DNA from: Gemmatimonadota bacterium
GTDB taxonomy: Bacteria; Gemmatimonadota; Gemmatimonadetes; Longimicrobiales; Gaopeijiaceae
Direction of reading: 5' to 3'
Length of the DNA stretch: 29,766 nucleotides
Assembly (NCBI GenBank): GCA_039589315.1
Contig: JBDHHQ010000111.1
Location: 1-29,766 of the forward strand
Shown: positions 17,983 to 26,699 of the stretch, piece after piece
How positions within the stretch are numbered: the stretch's first letter is position 1
Layout of the letters: every line of letters starts with the position of its first letter
The notes under the pieces: model-generated
What the model saw: the letters and a program-made list of their open reading frames with translations, nothing else
Told to the model about the DNA's origin: nothing
The model's database searches: none
Position numbers and translations under genes: made by a program

Positions 17983-18878
17983 AACGCGTCCTCCGGAAAG
18001 GCCCACGAGTGTGCGTGGGGCTGGATGAGCTCGACGGTCATGCCGGGTAGCTGGTCCGGGTAGACGAAGGCCTCCAAGCCGTCGTTGGCGTCGAAGACGG
18101 TGTCCCCGAAGAAGGGGACGCCTCGGAACCGCAGATGCGCCACGTCCTCCTCGATGTCGGCCGTCTGCAGGGCGATGTGGTCGAGCCCCTCGCCGCGGGT
18201 GCTCAGGAAGCGGTTCACGCGGGACTCGGGGTTCCAGTTCTGGACCAGGTGCAGCCAGGTCTGGTTCGGGAAGAGGATCCGGGCGTCGAGCTGGAAGCCC
18301 TTGCCCTGGTCGCTCCGGAAGTCCCGCGCCTTCAGGCCGAACAGGCGCTCGAACCGCTCGCAGGACTGGTGCAGATCCTCCACCACCAGGCCCAGGTGGT
18401 GAAGGCGCAGGAGGCTCATGTCACGGGTGAGCGGCTGGTCGACGGCGTCCGCCGGATACACCCAGGCACGCTCATGGGACTGGATCAGCTCGATGGTCAG
18501 CCCCGGGAGCTGATCCGGGTAGACGAAGGCCTCGAAGCCGTCGTTCGCGTCGAAGATCCTGTCCTCGAAGATGGGAACGCCCACTTCCCGCAGGTGGGCG
18601 ACGTCGCCCTCGATGTCATCGGTCTCGATGGCGATGTGCTCGAGCCCCTCGCCCTTCTCCCGGACGAAGCGGTTCACGCGGGACTCGGGGTTCCAGTTCT
18701 GGACCAGATGCAGCCAGCACTCGTTGCCCAGGAGGATCCTGGCGTCGAGCTGGAAGCCACCACCCTGATCGTCCCGAAAGTCGCGCGCTTTCAGCCCGAA
18801 GACGCGCTCGAAGCGTGCGCACGCGTCCTGAAGGTCGTGGACGCAGATACCGATGTGCTGCACGCGCAGAAAGGTCAT
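17979..18878 (-). CDS. VOC / methylmalonyl-CoA epimerase-like protein made of two tandem near-identical domains
   Basis: Each half has HIG..V.DL, GEGL.HIA..T.DIE, AFVYP and ELIQ, as in the MMCE-like VOC fold. The halves are offset by 153 codons. Confidence 0.85.
   Translation of the reverse strand: MTFLRVQHIGICVHDLQDACARFERVFGLKARDFRDDQGGGFQLDARILLGNECWLHLVQNWNPESRVNRFVREKGEGLEHIAIETDDIEGDVAHLREVGVPIFEDRIFDANDGFEAFVYPDQLPGLTIELIQSHERAWVYPADAVDQPLTRDMSLLRLHHLGLVVEDLHQSCERFERLFGLKARDFRSDQGKGFQLDARILFPNQTWLHLVQNWNPESRVNRFLSTRGEGLDHIALQTADIEEDVAHLRFRGVPFFGDTVFDANDGLEAFVYPDQLPGMTVELIQPHAHSWAFPEDAF
18207..18707. repeat. Identical 42-bp blocks (18207-18248 and 18666-18707) inside the duplicated VOC gene
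   Basis: gaagcggttcacgcgggactcggggttccagttctggaccag occurs at both sites, 459 bp apart. Confidence 0.92.
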
Positions 18879-18884
18879 GCCGGT

Positions 18885-18913
18885 ACACTACGGTAGGACC
18901 GCGCGCGTGTCGA
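18885..18913 (-). promoter_or_regulatory. Putative sigma70-type promoter for a leaderless VOC-Ldh_2-deacylase operon
   Basis: Minus strand reads TCGACA-N17-TAGTGT-N6-ATG(18878). No SD sequence. Confidence 0.6.
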
Positions 18914-19420
18914 TCAGGGCACGACAACCTGGCCCGCATGATCGGCCGTTGGCGCTAGACCGACATGCAAAGCGGGTGGTCGCTGCGTGAGATGGACGAC
19001 CTGGAGGCGGCCGCCCGTTGGCTCACGAGTGGGTGGGCCTGATCAACATGACTGCCACAGCCGTGTTGGACTGCGACAGCATCACGCGGGTGTGGGGAGC
19101 CGGCTGAGCTCGTCGCCGGTCCTGACCCGGTCCGTCGGGTCCAGGCACGCACCAGAGGAAGGCGCCTGCCGGCGGCCGTTCACCGTCTCGGCCTTCGCCG
19201 GCGAGTCCCTTCGTTCGGTTCTTTCGGACAAGTCCCATCCCCGCCTCCCTTTCGCCGCGCACTCGGCCCGCTCCGGCTGTCGCCGGCCCCGAGCGGGCCG
19301 GCCCTCTCCTGTAACGTCTGACTGAGGCGGAGACTGACAGACGGAGGAACCCCCCAGCGCCGTTGCGGCCGAGTGAGCCCAGTGCTGCGGGGTTCGGGAA
19401 TCGGGATCGTGGCGGCGCCC

Positions 19421-20344
19421 TCAGCGCTCGGCCGGAGCTCTGGAGAGGAGCGAGCGGAGCTGGTAGGGGATGAGCCAGCGGTAGTACTCGGGGATGAACG
19501 GCATGGCGAAGCCGGCGCGGAGCCACTGGAGGCGTGGCATCCGGTCTCGGTACATGTTGCGGTAGCGGTGCCGGTACGTCCGCCACCCCTTGGCCCGCAT
19601 GGCGTCCCGCACCTCGACCCAGTGGCGGGGATTCCGGCGGGCGAAATCCTGGAGCACGGGGTCGTTGTCCAGGGCATCCAGCCAGGTCTTGATGTCGGCG
19701 GCCAGCTCCCACGGCGACGCCTTGAGGCCCTCGCTCGACTCGTACCAGCGGTTCCCGAACACCGCTTCGGGTGCGTGCGCGACTTTGTGCCCCAGCGCCA
19801 GCTTGAGGGCGAGCAGGTCGTCGTCGCCGTTCACCATCTCGGTGTAGCCGCCGATGGCGCGGATGTCGGCCACCCGGGCCATCATCGTGATGAAGTTCCA
19901 GAACCCGTATTTGCCGTCGATCCACATGCGGACGAACTCGACACCGCTGAACGTGTCGGGTGGCGTCTTGGCAGACCCGGTCGACGGCCGCACCGACCCG
20001 TCCTCGTCGAGCACGTCCACCCGCGGCAGTGAGAGCCGGACCTCCGGGTCGGCGTCCAGGCGGGCAGCGAGCGTCGAAACGAAGTTGGGGCTGATCTCGT
20101 CGTCGTCGCTCAGAAGCGTGTGGTACTCGCCCTCGGCATGCTCCACGAGCTGGTTGAAGTGGATCGACATCGGCACGGTGGCGTCGTTCCGGCGGAAGCG
20201 GAACGGCCGGTCGTAGTGCTCCTCCACGAGCTCCCGGACCTCGGGCCCGTTCTCGCCGTTGTCCGATACCAGCAGATCGATCTCGGGGTAGTCCTGGGCC
20301 GCCACCGACGCCACCGCGCCGGGCAGGAAGACGGGGCGGTTCAA
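19421..20344 (-). CDS. Glycosyltransferase family 2 (N-terminus possibly truncated)
   Basis: NRP..L..AVASVAAQDY, LVSDNG, HFNQLVEHAEGEY and LSDDD (DxD-like). The usual first beta-strand before (L)NR is missing. Confidence 0.8.
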   Translation of the reverse strand: MNRPVFLPGAVASVAAQDYPEIDLLVSDNGENGPEVRELVEEHYDRPFRFRRNDATVPMSIHFNQLVEHAEGEYHTLLSDDDEISPNFVSTLAARLDADPEVRLSLPRVDVLDEDGSVRPSTGSAKTPPDTFSGVEFVRMWIDGKYGFWNFITMMARVADIRAIGGYTEMVNGDDDLLALKLALGHKVAHAPEAVFGNRWYESSEGLKASPWELAADIKTWLDALDNDPVLQDFARRNPRHWVEVRDAMRAKGWRTYRHRYRNMYRDRMPRLQWLRAGFAMPFIPEYYRWLIPYQLRSLLSRAPAER

Positions 20345-20369
20345 GGACCGACCCCTCCGCTCCCGGACC

Positions 20370-21618
20370 TCAGAGCCCGATCCCCTCGTACCGGGTGAAC
20401 GCCGAAGGGTCGAGCATCCTCCGGCCGTCGATCACCAGGGGTGGATTCTCCCGCCCGTTGATCAGCCCGGCGAGCCGGTCGAACTGGTCGGTCCGCTTCG
20501 TGGGCCGCCACCGGGTCGAAGGCACGGACTCCGGCGCCCCGCTCCCGCAGATAGCGGACGATGGGCAGCGCCGGCGATTCCCGGACGTCGTCGGTGCCCG
20601 GCTTGAAAGCCAGTCCCAGGACGGCCACTTCGACACCGTCCAGCTCCGGGAAGTGCCGCTCGAGGCGCTCCACCATCTGCATGGGCTGGTCCGCGTTGAT
20701 GCGGATGACCTGTTCCAACAGCCGCATGGGCGAGCCCGCCTCTTCGCCCCGGGCGATGAGTGCCTTCACGTCCTTGGGGAAGCAGCTTCCGCCGAACCCG
20801 CAGCCCGCCTCCAGGTACGAGACGAAGCCTGGGCGCATGCGCTCGCCGTTCTCCAGCACGGGCATGAACCGGCGATCGAGGTGGAATCCCTCCTGCACCT
20901 GAACCACGTCCACGTCGCCCAGGGCAGCGCACATGTTGCCGATCTCGTTGGAGAACGAGATGAGCGTGGCCAGCAGCGAGTTGGCCGCGTACTTGATCAT
21001 CTCGGCCGTCTTGCAGTTCACCTCCAGGATCCGAGTGCTCTCGAATACCTGGTACAGCCTGCGGATTCTGGCCGCCGCCTGCGGATCCGTGGCCCCGATG
21101 ACGATGCGGTCCGGGTTCATGAAGTCCTCGACGGCCTTGCCCTCGCGGAGGAACTCGGGGTTCATCCCCACGCCCAATCCCTCGCCCACCTTCCGGCCCG
21201 ACGCCTCTTCGAGGATGGGCGCCACCACGTCGTCCGTCGTGCCCGGCACCACGGTGCTCTTGACCAGGACGACATGGGGCTCGTCGGAGCCGGCCAGGGC
21301 CTCGCCGATTTGCCTGGCCGCCGTGCGGATGTAGGTGAGGTCGATGCGGGCGCCGTCGAAGGGGGTTCCCACCGCGATCATGGTGAGCTCGCTGCCCTGG
21401 ACCGCGCCGGTCAGCTCCGTCGTGGCTCGGAGCCGGGGGCCCACGTTCCGCCGAAGCAGCTCGTCGAGGCCTTCCTCGTGGATGGGCGCCTCGCCGCGGT
21501 TGATCCGCTCCACCTTGTCCGCGTCGATGTCGACGCACGTCACGTCGTGGCCCTTCTCGGCCAGGCACACGCCGGAGACGAGCCCGACGTAACCGGTTCC
21601 GATGATGGCGACCTTCAT
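20370..21618 (-). pseudogene. ugd: UDP-glucose/GDP-mannose 6-dehydrogenase, with a frameshifting deletion near 20490
   Basis: MKVAIIGTGYVG, IAVGTP, KSTVVPGT, NPEFLREG, GFGGSCFPKD and LGLAFKPGTDDVRESP. After FDPVAAHEA the normal C-terminus (DQF...VIDGRRML...YEGIGL) continues in another frame. Confidence 0.88.
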
Positions 21619-22748
21619 CAGCGTTCCTCCGCGGTCTGATTCTCGCGGTACCAGATCAGCGCCCGGCGCACACCGTCGTGGACCTCCACCGTGGGGTCGT
21701 ACCCCAGCTCCCGGCGGGCCTTGTCGATCACCGGGCAGCGGCGGTTGGGGTTGTCGGTGAGGTACTCGGCGTCGTCCGACACTCCGATGACCACCCGTCC
21801 CTCGTACCCGAAGAGCTCCCTGGCCGCGTCCACCGTGATGTGGGCGAGCTTCTTCATGGAGATCTCGGGGCTCTCCTTGCCGATGTTGTACGGCTCGCCC
21901 GCCCGGCCCCGCGTCAGGACCTTGTAGTAGCCGCACACGGCGTCCGCCACGTAGCAGAACGTGCGGGTGGGGGCGCCGTCAGAGAGCATGACCACGTTCT
22001 GGCCGCTCAGGATGTTGCGGGCGAAGTCGGGGAGGACCCGGGCGTCCGTGATCTTGAGCCCGGGACCGTAGTTGTTGAACGGCCGCGCCATGGCGATGGG
22101 CAGGTCGTACTGCCGTGCGAAGTTGACGCACAGCGTCTCGCCGTAGCGCTTGGACTCGTCGTAGCACGCCCGGGGGCCCGTGCACGACACGTTGCCCCAG
22201 TACTCCTCGCTGGTCGGGATGAACTGGGGCAACGGGTCGCCGTAGATCTCGCTGGACGAGAAAAACAGGAAGCCCGCCGTCTCCTTGCCCGCCTCCTGCT
22301 GGGCCAGGAAGTAGTCGAGCAGGGTGCGCAGGCCGTTCACGTTCCCGTCCATCGTGCCGATGGGGTCCTTGCGGTAGTAGATGGGCGACGCGATCGACGC
22401 GGCGTGCACGATGTAGGGGTAGTCCGCCATGCCGTCGGGGAGCGGGTCCCGGATGTCGTGCCGATCGAGGGTGATCCACTCCGACCGGTCGGCGACGTCG
22501 GTGAGCCACTGGGGCTGGCCCCGCACGAAGTTGTCGAACACGGTCACGCGTATGCGTCGCGCCACGTCCATCTGGCTGTTCCAGCGGTCCACGGACTGAA
22601 CCAGGTAGTAGCCCAGAAAGCCCGCGCCGCCGACGATCAGGAGGTTCTTCCCCTCCAGGCGGCCGAATTCCTCGGCCAGGTTGCCGCAGATGTAGTCGAG
22701 ATCCTCGGAGACCACCTCGGCCGCCGTGACGGGTTGGGTCAGACGCAT
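21618..22748 (-). CDS. NAD-dependent epimerase/dehydratase (UDP-glucuronate decarboxylase-like extended SDR)
   Basis: GGAGFLG, HAASIASP..Y, SSSEIYGDP, GPRACYDESKR, RPFNNYGPG and TRTFCYV. Confidence 0.88.
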   Translation of the reverse strand: MRLTQPVTAAEVVSEDLDYICGNLAEEFGRLEGKNLLIVGGAGFLGYYLVQSVDRWNSQMDVARRIRVTVFDNFVRGQPQWLTDVADRSEWITLDRHDIRDPLPDGMADYPYIVHAASIASPIYYRKDPIGTMDGNVNGLRTLLDYFLAQQEAGKETAGFLFFSSSEIYGDPLPQFIPTSEEYWGNVSCTGPRACYDESKRYGETLCVNFARQYDLPIAMARPFNNYGPGLKITDARVLPDFARNILSGQNVVMLSDGAPTRTFCYVADAVCGYYKVLTRGRAGEPYNIGKESPEISMKKLAHITVDAARELFGYEGRVVIGVSDDAEYLTDNPNRRCPVIDKARRELGYDPTVEVHDGVRRALIWYRENQTAEER

Positions 22749-22818
22749 GGGCTCGCCGTCACTCCGTGTCGTGTCGTCAGGTGTCGCAGGTCAGCGCCCG
22801 GTTCGTGGGGCGTCCGTG

Positions 22819-22849
22819 ATCGTATCGCGACGGGGGCGCGTGTTTGCAA
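22819..22849 (-). promoter_or_regulatory. Possible internal promoter upstream of the epimerase-ugd-GT2 genes
   Basis: Minus strand TTGCAA-N19-TACGAT in the 113-bp gap. The -10 is good but the spacer is long. Confidence 0.35.
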
Positions 22850-22861
22850 GAAGCGCGCCCG

Positions 22862-23683
22862 TCAGTCTTCCGACGGCGGGTGGAAGGGCGACTCGCCCCG
22901 GGCCAGCGCCCCCGACGCCCGGGCCAGGTCGGCGGGCGTGCCGATGTCGATGCAGCGCCCGTCCCGAAAGGTCACCGTCTCCACGGGAATCCCCGCGTCG
23001 ATGGCCGCCTGGAACACGTGCCCCACCTTGACCTCCCGACGCTCTGCGCCGGCCGCTACCCCCAGCTCCACGGTCTCCAGGTGCTGGTGGAGGAACTCGG
23101 TGAAGACCGGCGTCCACACCGCCGCGTTCCACGTGTACACCAGCTCCGTCTCATCGGGCCAGAAGAGGATCCGTGCCACGCGCGAACCGTCCAGCTCCAC
23201 CATCTCGTCGTCGGGTGGGTGGGGCGCGGGGAAGAGGCCCAGAACCAGGTCCGCGCCGGTGGTGGCCTGGTGCTCGGCCACCTGGCGGAGGGAGTCGTCG
23301 GGGCTCAGCAGGATGTCCGGGAAGCCGAACGCGACCCGGGCGTCCGCCACGAAGGGACGGGCCTGGTCCACCGTGTAGGCGGGGCCGTGGGGGACGGCCG
23401 CCACGAGGTAGGCCAGGTCGATGCCCACGTCGCGGCCGTCACCGTAGTACTGGGGGATGTCCCATTTGCCCGGCCGGAGCACCATGTAGGCGCGTGTCAC
23501 GCCGGCCTCCCGCATGGCAGCCAGAAGGTAGCTGCTCACCACCCGGGGCTGGCTTCCGCTTCTGGGGTCGCCGTGGAACCCCACCGGCAGGATCTCTTTG
23601 CTGCACGGGATCGGCCCCAGGCGACGGCTGAGCCCGCCGGCCGGGATGATGCCGATCAGCGGCATGGAGTCGTGATCAGCCAT
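22862..23683 (-). CDS. Sugar-phosphate nucleotidyltransferase (dTDP-glucose pyrophosphorylase-like)
   Basis: IIPAGGLSRRLGPIPCSKEILPVG signature, GKWDIPQYYGDG, FGFPDIL and IDIGTPADL. Confidence 0.85.
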   Translation of the reverse strand: MADHDSMPLIGIIPAGGLSRRLGPIPCSKEILPVGFHGDPRSGSQPRVVSSYLLAAMREAGVTRAYMVLRPGKWDIPQYYGDGRDVGIDLAYLVAAVPHGPAYTVDQARPFVADARVAFGFPDILLSPDDSLRQVAEHQATTGADLVLGLFPAPHPPDDEMVELDGSRVARILFWPDETELVYTWNAAVWTPVFTEFLHQHLETVELGVAAGAERREVKVGHVFQAAIDAGIPVETVTFRDGRCIDIGTPADLARASGALARGESPFHPPSED

Positions 23684-23689
23684 GGGAGC

Positions 23690-25006
23690 TCACACCAACC
23701 CGTTGTACTTCCTCCAGACCGGCTGCACGGCCCGGCCCTCGAGGTAGCCCTCGAAACCGTCCTCCAGCGCCCGGGCGTAGATCTCCAGCGAGCCGTCGAA
23801 GGCGTCGACGGTGCGCTCGATGTCCTCGTCGGTGTGGCTGTAGCTGATGATCAGGCTCGGCGTCATCACACCCCGTTTCAGGTTCTCCTGGATCAGGAGG
23901 GTGCGGAACGGCTGAGAGGGATTACCGTCCTGGTCCTTGCTGCCGAAGACCACACAGCACGGCCGGCCCAGGACGGGGATGTGGTCCTGGAGCCCGTGCT
24001 TGGCCGCCACCTGCTCGACGCCCTCTGCGAGCTTCTTGCCCTGGCTCCACATCGTGTCGATGACGGGCTCCTCCTGATAGACCCTCAGGGTTGCCAGCAT
24101 GGCGGCCAGTCCGTGCGTCTCGGCGCCGTGGGTGCCCGACAGGAGCCAGACGCGCTCCTTGTCGTGCTTGAGGCCGCCCAGCTCCATGATCTCCTTCTTA
24201 CCGGACAGGGCCGAGACCGAGAAGCCGTTGGACATGCCCTTCCCCCAGCAGGAGAGGTCGGGGACGATGTCGTGCATCCGCTGGCAGCCCTGGTCGTGCC
24301 AGCGGAAGCCCGTGATCATCTCGTCGAGGACGAACACGGTGCCGTGCTCGTGGCAGGCGTCCCGAAGCGCGTGCAGGAAGCCGTCCTCGGGAGGGCCGTA
24401 CTTCTCGGGCTCCAGGATCACGCAGGCGATGCTGTTCGGGTGTACCTCGAACATGGCCCGGACGCTCTCCATGTCGTTGTACTTGAAGGTGGTGGTGAGC
24501 TGCTGCACGGACTCGGGGATCCCGGCGCTCATGGGCGTGTTGCCGATGAACCAGTCGTCCACGGCGAAGAACGGGTGGTTGGCGCAGCGCGCCACCATGT
24601 CCCGGCCCGTGTAGGCCCGGGCCAAGCGTACCGCCCCGGAGGTGGCATCCGACCCGTCCTTGCAGAACTTGACCATGTGGGCGGTGTCGATCAGGTCGAG
24701 GAACGCCTCGGCTGCGTCGATCTCGATGGCCGCCGGACGGATGAAGTTGGTGCCGCCGGCCATGGCCTGATGGGCCGCCTGGACCACCGGCTCGAACCCG
24801 TGTCCCAGCGTGACGGCCCGGAGCCCCATGCCGTACTCGATGAACTCGTTGCCGTCCACGTCCCACACGTGGCTGCCCATGCCCCGGACGATGTAGGGCA
24901 ACATGTGCCCGGGGAACTGGTCGTCGCCCTTCGCGTAGGTGTGGGACCCGCCCGGGACCATGGCGTGGAACCGCGCGTTCAGTGCCAGCGACTTGTCGAA
25001 CTGCAT
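23690..25006 (-). CDS. Glutamate-1-semialdehyde aminomutase-like class III PLP aminotransferase (sugar-cluster type)
   Basis: PGGSHTYAKGDDQ, WDVDGNEFIEYGMG, VKFCKDGSDATSGAVRLARAYTGR, DEMITGFR and WGKGMSNG (PLP Lys). GGAGG RBS before ATG 25006. Confidence 0.85.
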   Translation of the reverse strand: MQFDKSLALNARFHAMVPGGSHTYAKGDDQFPGHMLPYIVRGMGSHVWDVDGNEFIEYGMGLRAVTLGHGFEPVVQAAHQAMAGGTNFIRPAAIEIDAAEAFLDLIDTAHMVKFCKDGSDATSGAVRLARAYTGRDMVARCANHPFFAVDDWFIGNTPMSAGIPESVQQLTTTFKYNDMESVRAMFEVHPNSIACVILEPEKYGPPEDGFLHALRDACHEHGTVFVLDEMITGFRWHDQGCQRMHDIVPDLSCWGKGMSNGFSVSALSGKKEIMELGGLKHDKERVWLLSGTHGAETHGLAAMLATLRVYQEEPVIDTMWSQGKKLAEGVEQVAAKHGLQDHIPVLGRPCCVVFGSKDQDGNPSQPFRTLLIQENLKRGVMTPSLIISYSHTDEDIERTVDAFDGSLEIYARALEDGFEGYLEGRAVQPVWRKYNGLV

Positions 25007-25140
25007 GTTCAGCCCTCCCGGGCCGTTGGGTCGTTGCGAAGACGCGGGGGCTCCCCCCGGCGGCTGACGTTCTCGGTGCTCGGCGGCCACCAGGGGCCGA
25101 CCACCCGGCGAGGCGGGTGTCCGAGGCGGCCCGGTGGCGC

Positions 25141-26427
25141 TCAGGTCGCGCCGAAGTGCGCGTCCTGCTCGGTGCGGAGCCGGTGGGCCAGCCGCCCTTC
25201 CGGCGGCTCCACGTCGGCCTTACGGATCAGCTGGTCCTTCGCGACCGCGTTCACGAGCCGGCAGCCGTCGCACAGGCCCATGAGCAGAGCGTCCTCGGCC
25301 ACCGCGGTCTCGGCGTTCTCGATCTGCCCGTAGGCGGTGTAGCCGCCCACGCCGTCCAGCACCTCACCGGCCTCCATGTCCTTCTTGGCGATGGTGACGA
25401 CCTCGCACACCGGGGCGCCCAGGGGCACCACGGCCGTGTCGCCCAGCAGCGCCGCCCGGGCGGCGGTCAGGGGCGCCTCGAGGTGGGCCAGGTGATACGG
25501 CGTGTAGAAGCAGTACAGCGGCCCTTCGCCCAGCTTGAAGTACCGCATGTACGTCTGCCGCACGGGATGCTCGCTGTAGCCCAGCACGAAGACGCCGGGT
25601 CCGGGCTTGGCCCCGAGCAGGTAGTCCACCAGCCCATGCTCCAGGAGCTGGTCCATTGGGAAGAGGTCGATGGCCTCGTCCACGTGGTCGCAGGTGGGCC
25701 CGTACATGCCCCGCTTGCCGACCTTGAAGCCGGTGGCGTTGGCCACGACGGCGTTCTCCATGGACATCTTCGTGCCGTCGGCGAAGGTGGTGGCCATGCG
25801 GGGCGACAGCCCGAACTTGGCCGCGAACTCCTTCTGCGTGTCGGGCGTCCGATACTCGTTCTGGAAGCCCTTGATGTTCCCGGCCATGACCGGGTTGTAG
25901 CCCACGCTGTCCACGAACCGGTAGAGGTTCATGATCGAGCCGGGCTGGTCGCCGTCGGTGTTGGTGTAGACGATGCCGGCCTTGTCCGCCTTGACCTTGA
26001 GGATGGGACCCACGGTCGCGTCCATGTCCGAGTTCATGGTCACGATGTGCTTCTGGAAGTCGATGGCGGCCATGGTCACGTAGGCGCTCCACTCGACGTC
26101 GCTCGTGGCGTCCAGGATCACGTCGACCCCCATGGCCGACGCCATGAGCGCGGGATCGGTCACGACCGGTCGCCGGCCGGCGTCGATCATCTCGTTCACC
26201 GCGTCTACCGTGTCGACCACCTCGGCGTCCTCGACACCGGCCAGCCGGTAGGCGTCCAGACCCCGCCCGGCGTCCCGGTTCGCCAGCGCCACGACCTTCA
26301 TGGCGGGCACGAACTGCTCGATCTGGAGCGCCACGCCTCGTCCCATGAAGCCAGCACCCACCAGGCCCACACGGAGAGGGTCGTTGTCTTCGAGACGCCG
26401 TTTGAGGGCGGTGTCGACAATGATCAT
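25141..26427 (-). CDS. NAD(P)-dependent oxidoreductase with C-terminal SAF domain (homoserine dehydrogenase-like / StrU-like)
   Basis: MIIVDTAL, VGAGFMG, DGDQPG, FADGTKMSME, YTPYHL and the SAF segment AKKDMEAGEVLDGVGGY. Confidence 0.85.
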   Translation of the reverse strand: MIIVDTALKRRLEDNDPLRVGLVGAGFMGRGVALQIEQFVPAMKVVALANRDAGRGLDAYRLAGVEDAEVVDTVDAVNEMIDAGRRPVVTDPALMASAMGVDVILDATSDVEWSAYVTMAAIDFQKHIVTMNSDMDATVGPILKVKADKAGIVYTNTDGDQPGSIMNLYRFVDSVGYNPVMAGNIKGFQNEYRTPDTQKEFAAKFGLSPRMATTFADGTKMSMENAVVANATGFKVGKRGMYGPTCDHVDEAIDLFPMDQLLEHGLVDYLLGAKPGPGVFVLGYSEHPVRQTYMRYFKLGEGPLYCFYTPYHLAHLEAPLTAARAALLGDTAVVPLGAPVCEVVTIAKKDMEAGEVLDGVGGYTAYGQIENAETAVAEDALLMGLCDGCRLVNAVAKDQLIRKADVEPPEGRLAHRLRTEQDAHFGAT

Positions 26428-26699
26428 TCAGCGGTCCTCTTGGGCCGTGCGGAGCGTGCGCCGTGCTCCCAGGCCGGCCTCGTAGGGTGGAGGTGTCTCG
26501 CTTTCCGGAGGCCCTGCGGCGACCCCGTTCGCCTCGCCGCGCAGGGACGCGAGTGCCAGGCGGCGGGACCGGGCGCGAGGGAGCGCATCAGGGTCATCCC
26601 GCCCAGGCCCGGGGCCCGGCGGCCCCAACGTAGACGGGGCCCCGAAGCGGGTCAACGCGCGTGCCGGGGTGAAGCGCGGCTCCTGGGTGCCTCGGCGGT

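Noticed and set aside
20354..20485. Invertible phase-variation segment between the 9-bp inverted repeats
   Set aside because: The enclosed DNA already encodes the ugd C-terminus in the correct orientation, flipping it would not repair either gene, and no recombinase is nearby.
23690..25006. Calling this gene hemL (tetrapyrrole synthesis)
   Set aside because: The PGGSHTYAKGDDQ N-terminus and the sugar-cluster context fit the polysaccharide-associated paralogue, so no symbol was assigned.
26428..26699. 272-bp gap between rfbC and the SAF oxidoreductase as a hidden gene or RNA
   Set aside because: Only short GC stems are present, with no credible ORF, RBS or recognisable RNA motif.
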